Positions 26,100-36,349 are shown, counted from the stretch's first letter. The stretch is 37,037 nt of DNA from a virus (IMGVR_UViG_2541047915_000010:1-37037); one strand, 5' to 3'. The notes: a model not told the origin generated them from the sequence alone. Program-made: numbers and translations.

Positions 26100-26594
26100 T
26101 CAAAACAGCCCTTTAACGGAGCTGGCCGCGCTGTTAAGGGATGATGTGACCTTATCTTTGAAGCCGGACAGCATATCACTGAACGATGAGGATTGCAGGC
26201 GCTCCCGCAAATCCTCATCACAGCGTTCAAGGGTCAGTGAAAATTCTATCTTTTTCGCCTTACCGTAGCGATCAAACTCGGAGCGGGTCGTATTCGTTTC
26301 AGTCAGTACATACATGCCGTAAATCTGCCCGACACCATCAATCAGAGGCCAGGGGCGTCCTGTATATGCCTGCGTGGTCAGCAACGAAAGCGACACTTCG
26401 CCACCTGTAATTTCAGGATAAAGCACACCAGAAAGAACGATGCGATCATCACCTGCACCGATATACTGCCAGCTTGCTGAACGGTTAACGCGTTCATTTT
26501 TCACATGCCGCCAGCTTTTGTTTTGCTGTAACTGCTGATGCGGCAGCGTGCGCAGCTCAAAAACAAACATGCCGTAGATCATCATCATGGCCAT
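26100..26594 (-). CDS. U: Tail protein U
   Basis: N-terminal MMIYGMFVFELRTLPHQQLQQNKSWRH parallels P2 gpU (MMMLGLFVFRLRTLPYQELQRQRSWRH); the true start is probably one of the Met codons at 26585-26588 given the gaggag RBS. Confidence 0.8.
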   Translation of the reverse strand: MAMMMIYGMFVFELRTLPHQQLQQNKSWRHVKNERVNRSASWQYIGAGDDRIVLSGVLYPEITGGEVSLSLLTTQAYTGRPWPLIDGVGQIYGMYVLTETNTTRSEFDRYGKAKKIEFSLTLERCDEDLRERLQSSSFSDMLSGFKDKVTSSLNSAASSVKGLF

Positions 26595-26600
26595 GACTCC

Positions 26601-29417
26601 TCAATCTTTATCGTAAAAACTGCCACGCCCGGCACGGGCGCGCCGTTCCATTTCTGCCCTGACCATTTCACCGACCAGTTTCGCCAGTTCGCGGGGATTC
26701 TGTGTAACAACGTTATGCAGATGAACATGAATTTCACCGCCAAATCCGGAGGCAACAGGCTCCCGGTTACGGGAAGTTGCAGGAACTGATGCCACTGGCG
26801 ATCGTATGGCCTCTGCCACCGGGCGGGAGCTGGCCGCAACAACAGGGACCAGCGCCGGAGGCAGCGGAGCCGGAACCACAGGTGTGATATTAATTGCGGG
26901 GGCAGGCTTACTGACCTGCGCAATCTTCCGCTCCTGCCACTCCCCACGAACAGCAAGTGCGCGGGGCAGGTTCTTAAAGACAATATCGCCGGGGCCAATA
27001 CGTTTTTTCGTCTCATCAACCAGCTTACCTGTGTTATCAGCAATTTTGCTGAGTCTGCGTAGCGTACCGGTATTGCTGTCTGTGAGCGGTTTGTTGTCTT
27101 TGGGTTTATCACCTCCGGTGCCATTGCCATTTTCCACAGGCTTCGGCGGATTGATTTTCGCCAGGTCCCCCTGAAGCAAGGCAACCTTGTCCTGAAGAAT
27201 GGCCGCACGCTGTGCGTCTTCGATTTTCTTGCGCGCCCTTTCCGCTTCATCCGGAAGCACACCGAGCTTTTCAAGTATCCACGCCAGCGTATCCAGCAAC
27301 ATTTTTGCAGGTGTCAGAACAAGTTGTAACGCACCGCCAAGAACATTACCGAATGTCTCGCCAGCACTGGTACATTTATCCAGCGTTTCCTTGCTGGACT
27401 CCATCGGTGACAGCAGCGATTTAAACCAGTTAAACACCTGGCTGATCCCACTCCCGATTGCGTCAAAAACAGGACCAAACCGTTCAAAGGTTTCGCGCAA
27501 CGGGGTCAGCCTTTCCATAATCCCGCTGAACACCCCGGCAAAAAATGCCCTGATGGGATCCCAGTATTTCCAGATAAGGACGGCAGCTCCGGCAAGCGCA
27601 GCCACGATAAGACCAACCGGACTGAACAGCGCCCCGATAGCGCCTCCCAGTAAAGAAACGGAACCCGTCACCATTCCCCATAGTGCTGGCAGGACCCTGA
27701 CAGCATTCATTGATCCGGTCAGGAGAGAAAAACCAAGACGCAGTTTTGCCAGCGGACCAGCAAGCACACCAATAGCCAGCGACAACGAGCCAACCGTTGC
27801 AGTCATTGCCAGCAACGCACCGCCTGCTATCAGTAGCTGGCGCGTCAGTGCCGGATGGGCCTGCGCCAGCGCCGTCACCCTTGATACCACCCGCGTGAGC
27901 CACTGCGTGACAGAACGCAGCGGACCGTCAATCAGATCTGCAATGCGGATGCGCAACCCTTCCCATGCACTGCCGAGTGATTTCAGATCGCCGTCAAGGT
28001 TGTTGGCCATGACCTTTGCTGTGCGTTCAGCCTCACCGCGCGCGCCTTCAAGTTCTTTTCTCAGTTTAGGTAAGGAACCGTCACCCGCTGCATCAACGAG
28101 CGCCATAAACGATGTGAAAGCCTCTTCTCCGGCAATGTCCTTAAAGAACGATACCCGGTCAACTTCCCCGTATTTGCGGGTGGCTTTATAAAGGTCGGCC
28201 AGCACATCCTCCATCGGGCGCATTTTGCCGTTCGCGTCAGAGACTGCCACACCAAGCTCTTTCAGCGCCTCTGCTGCTGCCTTTGGCGGTGATGCCAGAC
28301 GAGCCAGGCTGGCACGCATTGCCGTCCCGGCATCACTCCCTCTGATACCCATATTCGCCAGCACACCCGCCATCGCTGCGGCCTGCTCCAGCGATATTCC
28401 CAGCTTACCCGCCACCGGACCTGCATATTTCATGGTTTCGCCCAGTGCGCGAAGGTCAGTGTTGGTACGGGTAAATGCTGCGGTGAGCGTGTCGCCAACC
28501 CGGTCCATCTGGTCAGCAGAAAGGCCGAACTGCGTCAGGATATTTGAGCCAATATCCGCCGTCTCGCCGAGATCCATGCCGCCAGCCGTTGCCATGCTCA
28601 GCACGCCCGGAAGCGCAGCCTGAATGGCCTGCGGAGTGAAGCCAGCCATTGCAAGAAATGCCTGCCCACTGGCGGCATCGCCTGCGGTGAACTGCGTTTC
28701 AGAGCCAAGTTTTAACGCCTGCTCACGCAGCGCCTTAAACTGCGGGCTGTTCTGGTCGATTCGCGTCAGTGCCTGAACGCGGGACATCTCTTTGCCGAAC
28801 CCGATCGCAGGCTGCAAAAAACGCCCGGCAGCATAGCCGCCAGCCGCTGCCGCACCAATTGCCAGCGCACCACCTGTTTTCAGTTTTCCCGCGGTTTCCC
28901 GCACGCGCGAATACCGCTCACGCGCCCGCGTTACACGCGCAAGCGCCTGCCGTTCGCGTTCAAGCTGGTTGTTGTACTGTTCGGTGCGTCTGATGGCCTG
29001 CTGGATGGTGTTATCGCTGCCTGTCAGGGAAATGCCGTGGCGTTTCAGCTCTCCGCCAAGCTCCCGCATTTTCTGAATTTCCCGTGTGCGCAATTCATTC
29101 AGGCGTTCAAGCCGGGTGCTTAACTGCTGCATCAGCTTTTGTTGTTTTTCGCTGAGCACTGTACCCGTGCGTTGTAACTGATTAAGGGCGTTAAGCTGGC
29201 GTCGCGCTTTCACGATACCCGCATCCGCTTTACTGACAGCGTCGCGGGCGCGCTCAAATGAACGCGCCTGACGCTCGAGATTTTTGATCGCCCCCTGCGT
29301 TCGCTGGATGGAGTCACCAAACTGCCCCATCAGGCGGCGGGCGTTTTCGGCAGGTCGGGTCAGCCTGTCAACGGCGCTGAAAGCGACCCGGATATCAAGA
29401 GTCTTCATTGTCTGCAT
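26601..29417 (-). CDS. T: Tail tape measure protein T
   Basis: ORF 26601-29444, about 940 aa, coiled-coil N-terminal half and Gly/Ala-rich hydrophobic segments; start set at an internal Met (29417 or 29408) downstream of the E' stop; start uncertain. Confidence 0.8.
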   Translation of the reverse strand: MQTMKTLDIRVAFSAVDRLTRPAENARRLMGQFGDSIQRTQGAIKNLERQARSFERARDAVSKADAGIVKARRQLNALNQLQRTGTVLSEKQQKLMQQLSTRLERLNELRTREIQKMRELGGELKRHGISLTGSDNTIQQAIRRTEQYNNQLERERQALARVTRARERYSRVRETAGKLKTGGALAIGAAAAGGYAAGRFLQPAIGFGKEMSRVQALTRIDQNSPQFKALREQALKLGSETQFTAGDAASGQAFLAMAGFTPQAIQAALPGVLSMATAGGMDLGETADIGSNILTQFGLSADQMDRVGDTLTAAFTRTNTDLRALGETMKYAGPVAGKLGISLEQAAAMAGVLANMGIRGSDAGTAMRASLARLASPPKAAAEALKELGVAVSDANGKMRPMEDVLADLYKATRKYGEVDRVSFFKDIAGEEAFTSFMALVDAAGDGSLPKLRKELEGARGEAERTAKVMANNLDGDLKSLGSAWEGLRIRIADLIDGPLRSVTQWLTRVVSRVTALAQAHPALTRQLLIAGGALLAMTATVGSLSLAIGVLAGPLAKLRLGFSLLTGSMNAVRVLPALWGMVTGSVSLLGGAIGALFSPVGLIVAALAGAAVLIWKYWDPIRAFFAGVFSGIMERLTPLRETFERFGPVFDAIGSGISQVFNWFKSLLSPMESSKETLDKCTSAGETFGNVLGGALQLVLTPAKMLLDTLAWILEKLGVLPDEAERARKKIEDAQRAAILQDKVALLQGDLAKINPPKPVENGNGTGGDKPKDNKPLTDSNTGTLRRLSKIADNTGKLVDETKKRIGPGDIVFKNLPRALAVRGEWQERKIAQVSKPAPAINITPVVPAPLPPALVPVVAASSRPVAEAIRSPVASVPATSRNREPVASGFGGEIHVHLHNVVTQNPRELAKLVGEMVRAEMERRARAGRGSFYDKD

Positions 29418-29924
29418 TCCCGCTGCGAAGTGCCGCCCGCTCACGCCAGCTAACCACTTCGCCGGGCGTCATCATGAAGATTTCGGCGGGCGACCAGTTA
29501 AAAATAACGGCAATATCTGCCACAAAGTCTTCTATGTGCTCAAAGCACACAACCGTGATCAGGCTTCCGTCACCTGTTCGTTCTTCCCGCCAGAGTCCGC
29601 ACCGCTCAAAAAATTTACGGCAACCACACATAACTGAATAAAGTCACGGGATGCCATTTTTTTGATCGTCACTTCATCCAGTCGCGGTGATGTCACGCGT
29701 GACAGCAGCGTAAACATGGATTCCGCTTTCAGATTCAGCACATCAGACAGCGACAAATCTCGCAGAGATCCAGCCTGCTCAATAGCCCCGGTGATCTCCA
29801 CATACGTGATTTTTTCGCCGCCTCGCTCAATGGGTTGGGTAAGTTTTACGCCACGCTCACTGGTTTCTTTCACAGTGTCAGCAACTACCGTGTTTTCGGT
29901 ATCGATGTTTTTCGTCTCTTTCAT
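29395..29924 (-). CDS. E+E' frameshift fusion product (programmed -1 frameshift)
   Basis: The -1 frame ORF 29395-29631 overlaps the 3' end of E; slippery heptamer TTTTTTG on the coding strand at 29607-29613, as in P2 E/E' and other tail chaperone pairs. Confidence 0.6.
29559..29924 (-). CDS. E: Tail assembly chaperone E
   Basis: 121-aa ORF between FII and T, as P2 gpE. Confidence 0.75.
   Translation of the reverse strand: MKETKNIDTENTVVADTVKETSERGVKLTQPIERGGEKITYVEITGAIEQAGSLRDLSLSDVLNLKAESMFTLLSRVTSPRLDEVTIKKMASRDFIQLCVVAVNFLSGADSGGKNEQVTEA
29607..29613 (-). promoter_or_regulatory. Slippery heptamer T-TTT-TTG for the E/E' -1 ribosomal frameshift
   Basis: Plus strand caaaaaa = minus strand ttttttg; in E frame ..aat ttt ttg.., E' frame ..aaa ttt ttt gag.. 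Confidence 0.6.
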
Positions 29925-29978
29925 CAGGAAACTCCTTTCAGTCAGAGGCGACGCACTGCGCCGCCTGCATATTACTTA

Positions 29979-30491
29979 TCAGCCAAGCCCAAGCGCGGAA
30001 CGGATGCGATCGGGCACAATGTCCTTGCCGTCCTTCCGGTAAATGAAGTTCAGCAGGTCAATCTCCCACAACGGACGATCGTTAACACTCAGCTTGTAGT
30101 AGGTGTTTTTAATGGCGTAAGTGTGTGATGTGGCTTCGCCCTGTTTGGCTTCCCCCATATCAATTTCCGTCACACGTCCGCGCATTTCGACTTCATACAG
30201 GTCGCTTTCTGCATCGGTGTAGTATTCACCCGCAAAACGCAGCAGCGTGCCGTCAATCGTGCCGCCATACTTAAGGAACAGCTCACGAACTGCGCCCCCC
30301 ATGACAAAGCTCGCATCAAGCGCGGAGTCGTCCAGACCGAGATCAATACTTACCGCCCCCATCATGCCACCACCCCGGTAGCTGTCGGTTTTGCGCGTCA
30401 GCTTAGGCAAAGTGACGGACGTCACCTTACCCACTTCGTTTTCACCATCCACAAACAGCGTAAAAAAGCGAAGATGTTTTGGCACAGCCAT
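29979..30491 (-). CDS. FII: Tail tube protein FII
   Basis: 170 aa (P2 FII about 172 aa); immediately downstream of the sheath gene. Confidence 0.85.
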   Translation of the reverse strand: MAVPKHLRFFTLFVDGENEVGKVTSVTLPKLTRKTDSYRGGGMMGAVSIDLGLDDSALDASFVMGGAVRELFLKYGGTIDGTLLRFAGEYYTDAESDLYEVEMRGRVTEIDMGEAKQGEATSHTYAIKNTYYKLSVNDRPLWEIDLLNFIYRKDGKDIVPDRIRSALGLG

Positions 30492-31675
30492 CAGGCACCT
30501 CCCAGCACCGCAAATGCGGGTTCAAAGTATTCATCAGTAAACGTCTGGTAAAGCTCCATGTCTTCCAGTGGCGGAACGGGCGTATATTTGTAGCGAATAC
30601 GCACACGCCCCTGACGTAAATCCGTGGTGCTGTTATCCACCACGTCATACCAGCACTCCGCGCCAATCAGTTTCCCGGCAGTCACCAGTGAATCCAGTTT
30701 TGCCCTGATGGCACTGATAACATCCTTCACGTTCGCAGGCGTCAGTGGACTGTCGATGGTTTCAAACTGCGCTTCCGCAATTGAATCAGCCAGCACCTGT
30801 GCGGTTCGGGTATACACCTCAAAGATGTAGGCGTTCGTTTCCGGTGTGCGGTTGCCCCAGAAGCGGAACCCGTTGCGACGAATAATGGTCGTGATTTCTT
30901 TGTTGTTGAGGCTGTTGGCATCGCTGTCTTCGGCCTGCAACGACCAGAACACATGCCTCGACATCCCCAGCACATTTTTAACCGGAACGTTGGACAGTGA
31001 TTTGTGCCATCCCTGCTCATGGTCAATGTACGCACGAAGGCCGCACGCATAGGCAGGCGCGGGGAACGTTTCGTTTTTGCCACTTTTCGGGTTGTAGGCG
31101 ATGAAGTCCGGCCATAAGAGCATCACCTCACGTTCGTTGAATTTCTGGCGGTAGGTAATCGCCTCAGCCATCGTGTTACAGCCGTGACATGAGGCATACA
31201 CAAACGCGCGCAGTTTACCTGCAATCACGCACAGGGATTTTGTTACAGCCTCCGTGTCCAACTCCGGCGCGGCCAGAATACGCGGACGGTATCCGATGCT
31301 TTCATCCTGCTCTGCAACAAGCAGCGCATACATCCCCGTATAGCTGCCGTCATCCTCAGAACCACCGATAACCAGTTGATCCTGCGTCTTTCCGCCTTCT
31401 TCTTTGTGTTCAGCCACGCGAACGACGATCACCTTTGTGCTCACCTGGTCTGCGATGGCCTTAAGCGCACGATAAAGCGTCCCCGTTGTCCCGCATTTTC
31501 CCAGCACGTCATTGACGCGGGTCAGCAGTGTGGGCTTGTTCAGCGGGAACAGCTTCGCGTCCGCATCATCCGCCGTTGCCACGATACCGATAACGCTGGA
31601 ATCAACATCGTTAATCGCTGTTACCAGGTCGGTATTTTCCGTAACACGGGCACCATGAAAACGAGTTTCACTCAT
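30491..31675 (-). CDS. FI: Tail sheath protein FI
   Basis: 394 aa; LRAFVYASCHGCNTMAEAITYRQKF, EQGWHKSLSNV, RRNGFRFWGNRT, YKYTPVPPLE align with P2 FI as I recall it. Confidence 0.9.
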   Translation of the reverse strand: MSETRFHGARVTENTDLVTAINDVDSSVIGIVATADDADAKLFPLNKPTLLTRVNDVLGKCGTTGTLYRALKAIADQVSTKVIVVRVAEHKEEGGKTQDQLVIGGSEDDGSYTGMYALLVAEQDESIGYRPRILAAPELDTEAVTKSLCVIAGKLRAFVYASCHGCNTMAEAITYRQKFNEREVMLLWPDFIAYNPKSGKNETFPAPAYACGLRAYIDHEQGWHKSLSNVPVKNVLGMSRHVFWSLQAEDSDANSLNNKEITTIIRRNGFRFWGNRTPETNAYIFEVYTRTAQVLADSIAEAQFETIDSPLTPANVKDVISAIRAKLDSLVTAGKLIGAECWYDVVDNSTTDLRQGRVRIRYKYTPVPPLEDMELYQTFTDEYFEPAFAVLGGA

Positions 31676-31832
31676 AGCTTCAGCCCCTTGTATCCGTTAA
31701 ATGATTCGGCAACAATCATCACCCACCACGCGCGTAATCTCACCCCTGCGCCATTCTCCCGCCACGGCGACAACAAAAAGCAGTAACCCCCTCCGCACGC
31801 ACATGCGACCATGCCATACAGGGAGGGAACAG
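31676..31832. promoter_or_regulatory. Divergent intergenic region between FI (minus) and D (plus); expected late promoters
   Basis: Positional only; 157 bp between divergent start codons. Confidence 0.3.
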
Positions 31833-32942
31833 ATGACCGACACCACCATGCAATTGCTCAGTCAGGGCACAGACCCCGTGAAAATGCCGGATTTTGATAT
31901 TCTCGCGGAGGGTAAAACGCTGTCAGGCATGGCAGAGCGCCTGATGAGCCTGTCACTGACCGACAACCGGGGATTTGAGGCGGACCAGCTCACCATCACG
32001 CTGGATGATGCGGATGGTCAGTTGCAGCTACCGCCACGGGGCGCGCGCCTGACGGTTCTCATTGGCTGGAAAGGAGAACCGCTGACAGAAAAAGGCACTT
32101 ACATTGTTGATGAAATTGCTCATGAAGGACCGCCCGACAGACTGACCATTTCAGCCAGAAGCGCAGATTTTCGGGATGAATTTAACGTCAAGCGCGAAGT
32201 ATCTTGGCATGATGTGACCGTTGAACGCGTGGTGTCTGCAATTGCTCACCGATACGGCCTGAAACCGCAAATCAGCGAAATGCTGATGGATATTGAAATC
32301 GACCACGCTGACCAGACCGAAGAAAGCGACATGTCCTTCCTTACGCGCATGGCGGAAATGCTGGGCGCAATCACCACGGTAAAAAGCGGCAATCTGTTAT
32401 TCATCATGCCAGGTGGTGGCGTGAACGCACAGGGGCAGCCGTTGCCCTCGTTCGCCATTACACGCAGCAGCGGCGATCGCCATCAGTTCCGCATTGCTGA
32501 CCGCGAGGCGTATACGGGGGTACGCGCCTACTGGCTTGATCTTAATTACGGGAAAAAGAAAAAAGTCAGCGTGAAACGCCGCAAACCGCCAAAACCCAAA
32601 AAGGAGAAAAGCAGCAGTCGGGAAGGCGACTATATGGAAGGTGCGGAAGGCAACGTGTTTGTGTTACGCAAGACTTATCAGAACGAGCAGGCAGCAAGAC
32701 GCGCAGCGGCGGCAAAGTGGCAGCAGCTACAACGCGGAGCCGCATCATTCTCCATCACGCTGGCGCGTGGTCGTGCAGAACTCTATCCCGAAATGCATGG
32801 CACAGTGACAGGCTTTAAAAGCGAGATTGATTATCAGGACTGGATTATTGCAAAAGCCGAGCACACCATTGATAACAGCGGCTTTACCACGCAGCTTGAA
32901 CTTGAAGCAAAAATCCCGGAATGGATAGCAGAAACAGAATAA
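31833..32942 (+). CDS. D: Tail protein D (late gene D, gpD family)
   Basis: ORF 31701-32942 trimmed to the ATG at 31833 (RBS gggaggg); MPDFDILAEGK...LSLTDNRGFEADQL...ISARSADFR, basic KKKK..KPKKEK stretch and FTTQLELE end, as in P2 gpD. Confidence 0.9.
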   Translation: MTDTTMQLLSQGTDPVKMPDFDILAEGKTLSGMAERLMSLSLTDNRGFEADQLTITLDDADGQLQLPPRGARLTVLIGWKGEPLTEKGTYIVDEIAHEGPPDRLTISARSADFRDEFNVKREVSWHDVTVERVVSAIAHRYGLKPQISEMLMDIEIDHADQTEESDMSFLTRMAEMLGAITTVKSGNLLFIMPGGGVNAQGQPLPSFAITRSSGDRHQFRIADREAYTGVRAYWLDLNYGKKKKVSVKRRKPPKPKKEKSSSREGDYMEGAEGNVFVLRKTYQNEQAARRAAAAKWQQLQRGAASFSITLARGRAELYPEMHGTVTGFKSEIDYQDWIIAKAEHTIDNSGFTTQLELEAKIPEWIAETE

Positions 32943-33069
32943 ATCTCTTAAAAATATTATTTTTGAGATGTGCTTCTACACTGACAGTAAGAACAAAAGA
33001 TAATGTATCAGCCCACTAGATGTCAGAGGTTGGGGCATCAACCAGATGCTAACAATAATACGGATGTTT

Positions 33070-33106
33070 TTCCCACATGACAGAGGAAGTCAAGTATAAT
33101 CTTCAC
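33070..33106 (+). promoter_or_regulatory. Putative sigma-70 promoter for the 1039-aa ORF
   Basis: Perfect -10 hexamer TATAAT at 33095-33100; -35 is weak; about 90 bp upstream of the ATG at 33191. Confidence 0.3.
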
Positions 33107-33190
33107 AGTCCATCCCGTCCAAGGGAATATGACTCAATAGTAAAAGTTCCAGTTTAGTTAGTAGACCCACACTTTATAGAAGAGTAATTC

Positions 33191-36100
33191 ATGATTGGAC
33201 AATTTTTAAGTGCAACAGAGATTTTAGCAAAGAACTATGTTCGTAATAAAATGGTTAAAAATCCATTTTATTCGAATTTAAAATGGAATTTTATTGAAAA
33301 AAACATCATAAGATTAACATCCTCACCGGTTAAATCAGTACTTTGCATATCAGCTTTTTCATTTGTACTACTTTATGTTGGATATTTAAACGAATTATTT
33401 ATAAAAAATAATCTTTTACATTATTTCCCGTTTAGGCATTCATTAACCGAATGGCAAACAACCATTTTAAGTGGCCAATTGACAATTATTGGTATTGTAT
33501 ACCCCCTTGTTATAGGTTTAGTAAGTGTCTTATTCCAAAAAAAGGCAGATAGAAAAATAGCCCAAACTGCTTATCAGCGTTACTCAGGATTCATGCTTGC
33601 TGGACTCAGCGGGCTTTTCTTATCAGGATTTATACTTCTCAGTGTACTAATTAAAACTGTCTTTGGAAGTTATCTTTATGGTATAGCTTGTCTAATCAGC
33701 ATATTATGGCTTTTGATAAACATAGTTCTTTCTATTTGGTTCTTTATCGTGAGTCTTGAAATTCTTGATGATGTAAAACGGCAAATAATTATAAAGCGAT
33801 ACATTGCCTTCGAAATAGTAATGCCCCATATTTGTAACAAAATCTCAGCCAAGCTTAGGTTATACCCTATCTATCAAAAACATAACTATTCAAATTTAGA
33901 AATCAAGCAAGCCGATTACAAAGGAGAATACATATCTGTGGCTAGCGGTTATTCTAAGGAAGATGAGTTAAGTTTATATCACCGTCCTTTTCAACTTACT
34001 CTTAATCTTATTAATTGCCAACTAAAAAAGAAGAATCATTTTGCGTCATTTGTCATTGGTGATAATCGTGCAAAAGAAACAGAATCCACGGGTAAGATAC
34101 TTTTTAGCGTTAAAAATATCAAACCAGACAGCTTATTAATAAAAATACTTAAGCAATGTTTTTATAGGGCTCCGATTAAAGGAGGAGATTTTTCCGTAAG
34201 TCTTACAATGCAGGCTATAACAGCAGATACGTATATGTATCTGCGGGATTCTGATCTCATTAGTTTTGACGATGCTATCTCTGCATTAATTAATAACTTT
34301 AATAATCTCTGCGATTTGTATTTTTTTCAAGATGATAATACCAACAATAACTTCTTACTGATCACTACAGAATTATTTGAACGGAGTTTTCAATATGAGT
34401 TTTCAGATGAAGTTTATAAAATATCAAATAATTCCATGGATAAAATTAATCTTTCTGAAAGATTTTTTGAATTATGTCTTTGGAGCGGAGTGCGTATTAT
34501 CAATAATAGAAAACATCTTATCAGCAATGAACTTTGTATCTATATGGGAATTACTCGTTCACAATGGTCAATATTAACAGAATGGTTCCGAAACAACCAA
34601 TCACTCTTAAATGCCTCGCTTCGTTCACGTTATAATCGTATATTAAGAACCTATACCACTGTTTGGGAGCAATATCAAGAAAGCATAAACTTTCGTTTCT
34701 GCAATACAGAGAATTCAGATTTATTTGAATTATTTTGCAAAACGCAACTACAAGAACTTCCATCGATGATTATTGATGCAACACAGACTCGCGATCCTTC
34801 TACTATTGATACAGCCGTCGATCTTATTAACCGATGGCAGCACTCAATGAATATTGACAGCCATTCGGTAGAAAAATACAGTTACAAAGGCCAGCTTTTT
34901 AACCCGGGTTTTTTCATATCCAAAAAACTAAACTTCAATTCAGACAGAGAGTGGTTCAATATTGCCATCATAAATGCGTTGACTGACATGCGTATATGCA
35001 CATGTCTTTATCTGACATCAAGAATCAATACTTCTGACAAACTAATGACACATTACATTAAACTTATTTTAGAGGGTAAACTTATTGACCAAACCGGTGG
35101 ATATGAAACTCCCACTGAAGAAATTGATAATGCAAGCCAACTAATCAAGATATTAATTAGAATCTGCCTGTGGACATGGTCTGAAAATATGGAGCATAAT
35201 GGGTGGATGAATAGTTTAGCAAGGCGTTTACGTGACTATGATAAAACAGACATGGTGATGGGCAGAGTTTACAGTAATGTTTTTGACTGTGGATTTATTG
35301 ATATGGAACAATCATGGGTTCAGCTATTATTAATTTTTTCTAACAAGAACGATAGCGTATCAAAAGAAATAAAAGAAGCAATAGAAAACAACTATATAAC
35401 ATATCGTGAGAAGCAACGACTCATTGGAGTATTATCAAAAATTTGTAACTCCATCGAATACACTAAAATCAAGCTGACTTTAACATTGGACGATCTCCAA
35501 ACAAAAAAAGAAAACTTAAGAAAGTTGCTTCAAGAGCATATTAACATGCTAAAGAAAGATCTTGATATGAGACTTCAGGATGCTGCCATAGATGTACATC
35601 GACTAGATAGCACTGCACGTAAAACATCAGAACATCTTCGTAAACGCATCAAGAAAACGCTCCCTCTTTCACTTTTCAAATCTATTGATTTTAAGCAGGC
35701 TAGCGATTGTTTCACAAAACATAAGATATCTATTAAGATAGATAAAGAACCGTATGCCGAAGGAATAGAATCCATCCCTTATATCAATGAAGGTGATATT
35801 CAAGCAGACTTAATTCTCAAGGACATCCAGAGAATAATACTTTCAAATTTATTTAGCACTGGCTGTTCGCAACATACCGTAATAGAAGATTTCAATATGT
35901 TGATTGATCACATAAAATCATCTGCTGACTTGGCTGGCAAACTGGTTCTTGTGATGAGTAAAGAGATCTTTCAGCAATATAATCGTATGCTTTTCGATAA
36001 TCCCAACCTCAGAGAACTAATGAGAAAAAATGATGATGGCTCTATGAACATAACTACTGAATCCGGTACCTGTAAGGTTTACTTCTTACCATTTGTTAAT

Positions 36101-36310
36101 CAACCATTTTCTCTTGTGGTAAAGGATAACTACTTCACTAAATTAATTATTAGAGAATATGATAATAATAAGTTAGTAAATGTCACTTCAGAGAATATCA
36201 AAAGTGACTCAGATAAATTCAAGCTAACTCTTAACTATGAGTTGAATATAGTATTTGAAGGAAACGCTGATTTAAAAATAGCTCACTCGCAAAGAGTGAC
36301 ATCAGAATAA
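33191..36310 (+). CDS. Large uncharacterised membrane-anchored protein (N-terminal 4 predicted TM helices plus a soluble domain of about 850 aa); cargo gene between D and ogr
   Basis: Uninterrupted 1039-codon ORF in a strongly AT-rich segment (Lys/Asn/Ile-rich); hydrophobic helices at roughly aa 50-66, 91-116, 132-154 and 162-192; no catalytic motif recognised by eye. Confidence 0.8.
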   Translation: MIGQFLSATEILAKNYVRNKMVKNPFYSNLKWNFIEKNIIRLTSSPVKSVLCISAFSFVLLYVGYLNELFIKNNLLHYFPFRHSLTEWQTTILSGQLTIIGIVYPLVIGLVSVLFQKKADRKIAQTAYQRYSGFMLAGLSGLFLSGFILLSVLIKTVFGSYLYGIACLISILWLLINIVLSIWFFIVSLEILDDVKRQIIIKRYIAFEIVMPHICNKISAKLRLYPIYQKHNYSNLEIKQADYKGEYISVASGYSKEDELSLYHRPFQLTLNLINCQLKKKNHFASFVIGDNRAKETESTGKILFSVKNIKPDSLLIKILKQCFYRAPIKGGDFSVSLTMQAITADTYMYLRDSDLISFDDAISALINNFNNLCDLYFFQDDNTNNNFLLITTELFERSFQYEFSDEVYKISNNSMDKINLSERFFELCLWSGVRIINNRKHLISNELCIYMGITRSQWSILTEWFRNNQSLLNASLRSRYNRILRTYTTVWEQYQESINFRFCNTENSDLFELFCKTQLQELPSMIIDATQTRDPSTIDTAVDLINRWQHSMNIDSHSVEKYSYKGQLFNPGFFISKKLNFNSDREWFNIAIINALTDMRICTCLYLTSRINTSDKLMTHYIKLILEGKLIDQTGGYETPTEEIDNASQLIKILIRICLWTWSENMEHNGWMNSLARRLRDYDKTDMVMGRVYSNVFDCGFIDMEQSWVQLLLIFSNKNDSVSKEIKEAIENNYITYREKQRLIGVLSKICNSIEYTKIKLTLTLDDLQTKKENLRKLLQEHINMLKKDLDMRLQDAAIDVHRLDSTARKTSEHLRKRIKKTLPLSLFKSIDFKQASDCFTKHKISIKIDKEPYAEGIESIPYINEGDIQADLILKDIQRIILSNLFSTGCSQHTVIEDFNMLIDHIKSSADLAGKLVLVMSKEIFQQYNRMLFDNPNLRELMRKNDDGSMNITTESGTCKVYFLPFVNQPFSLVVKDNYFTKLIIREYDNNKLVNVTSENIKSDSDKFKLTLNYELNIVFEGNADLKIAHSQRVTSE

Positions 36311-36318
36311 TATCTTTG

Positions 36319-36349
36319 ACGGCGCTCCTTAGAGTGCCGTTCGTTTATT
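36319..36349 (+). terminator. Putative rho-independent terminator after the 1039-aa ORF
   Basis: Imperfect stem acggcgctc / gagtgccgt with loop ctta, followed by tcgtttatt. Confidence 0.45.

Noticed and set aside
26074-26120. A Din-type crossover site at the invertase/U junction that could explain inversion of the sheath block
   Set aside because: The sequence here is a perfect terminator hairpin (aaaaccgctaat / attagcggtttt), not an AAACC-NN-GGTTT site; no matching site was seen at 31676-31832 either.
27199-28191. 330-aa plus-strand ORF, with the alternative-frame ORF 26585-27274
   Set aside because: It is antisense or out of frame within the tape measure gene T; the Ser/Ala/Pro-rich low-complexity translation is typical of a GC-rich shadow frame.
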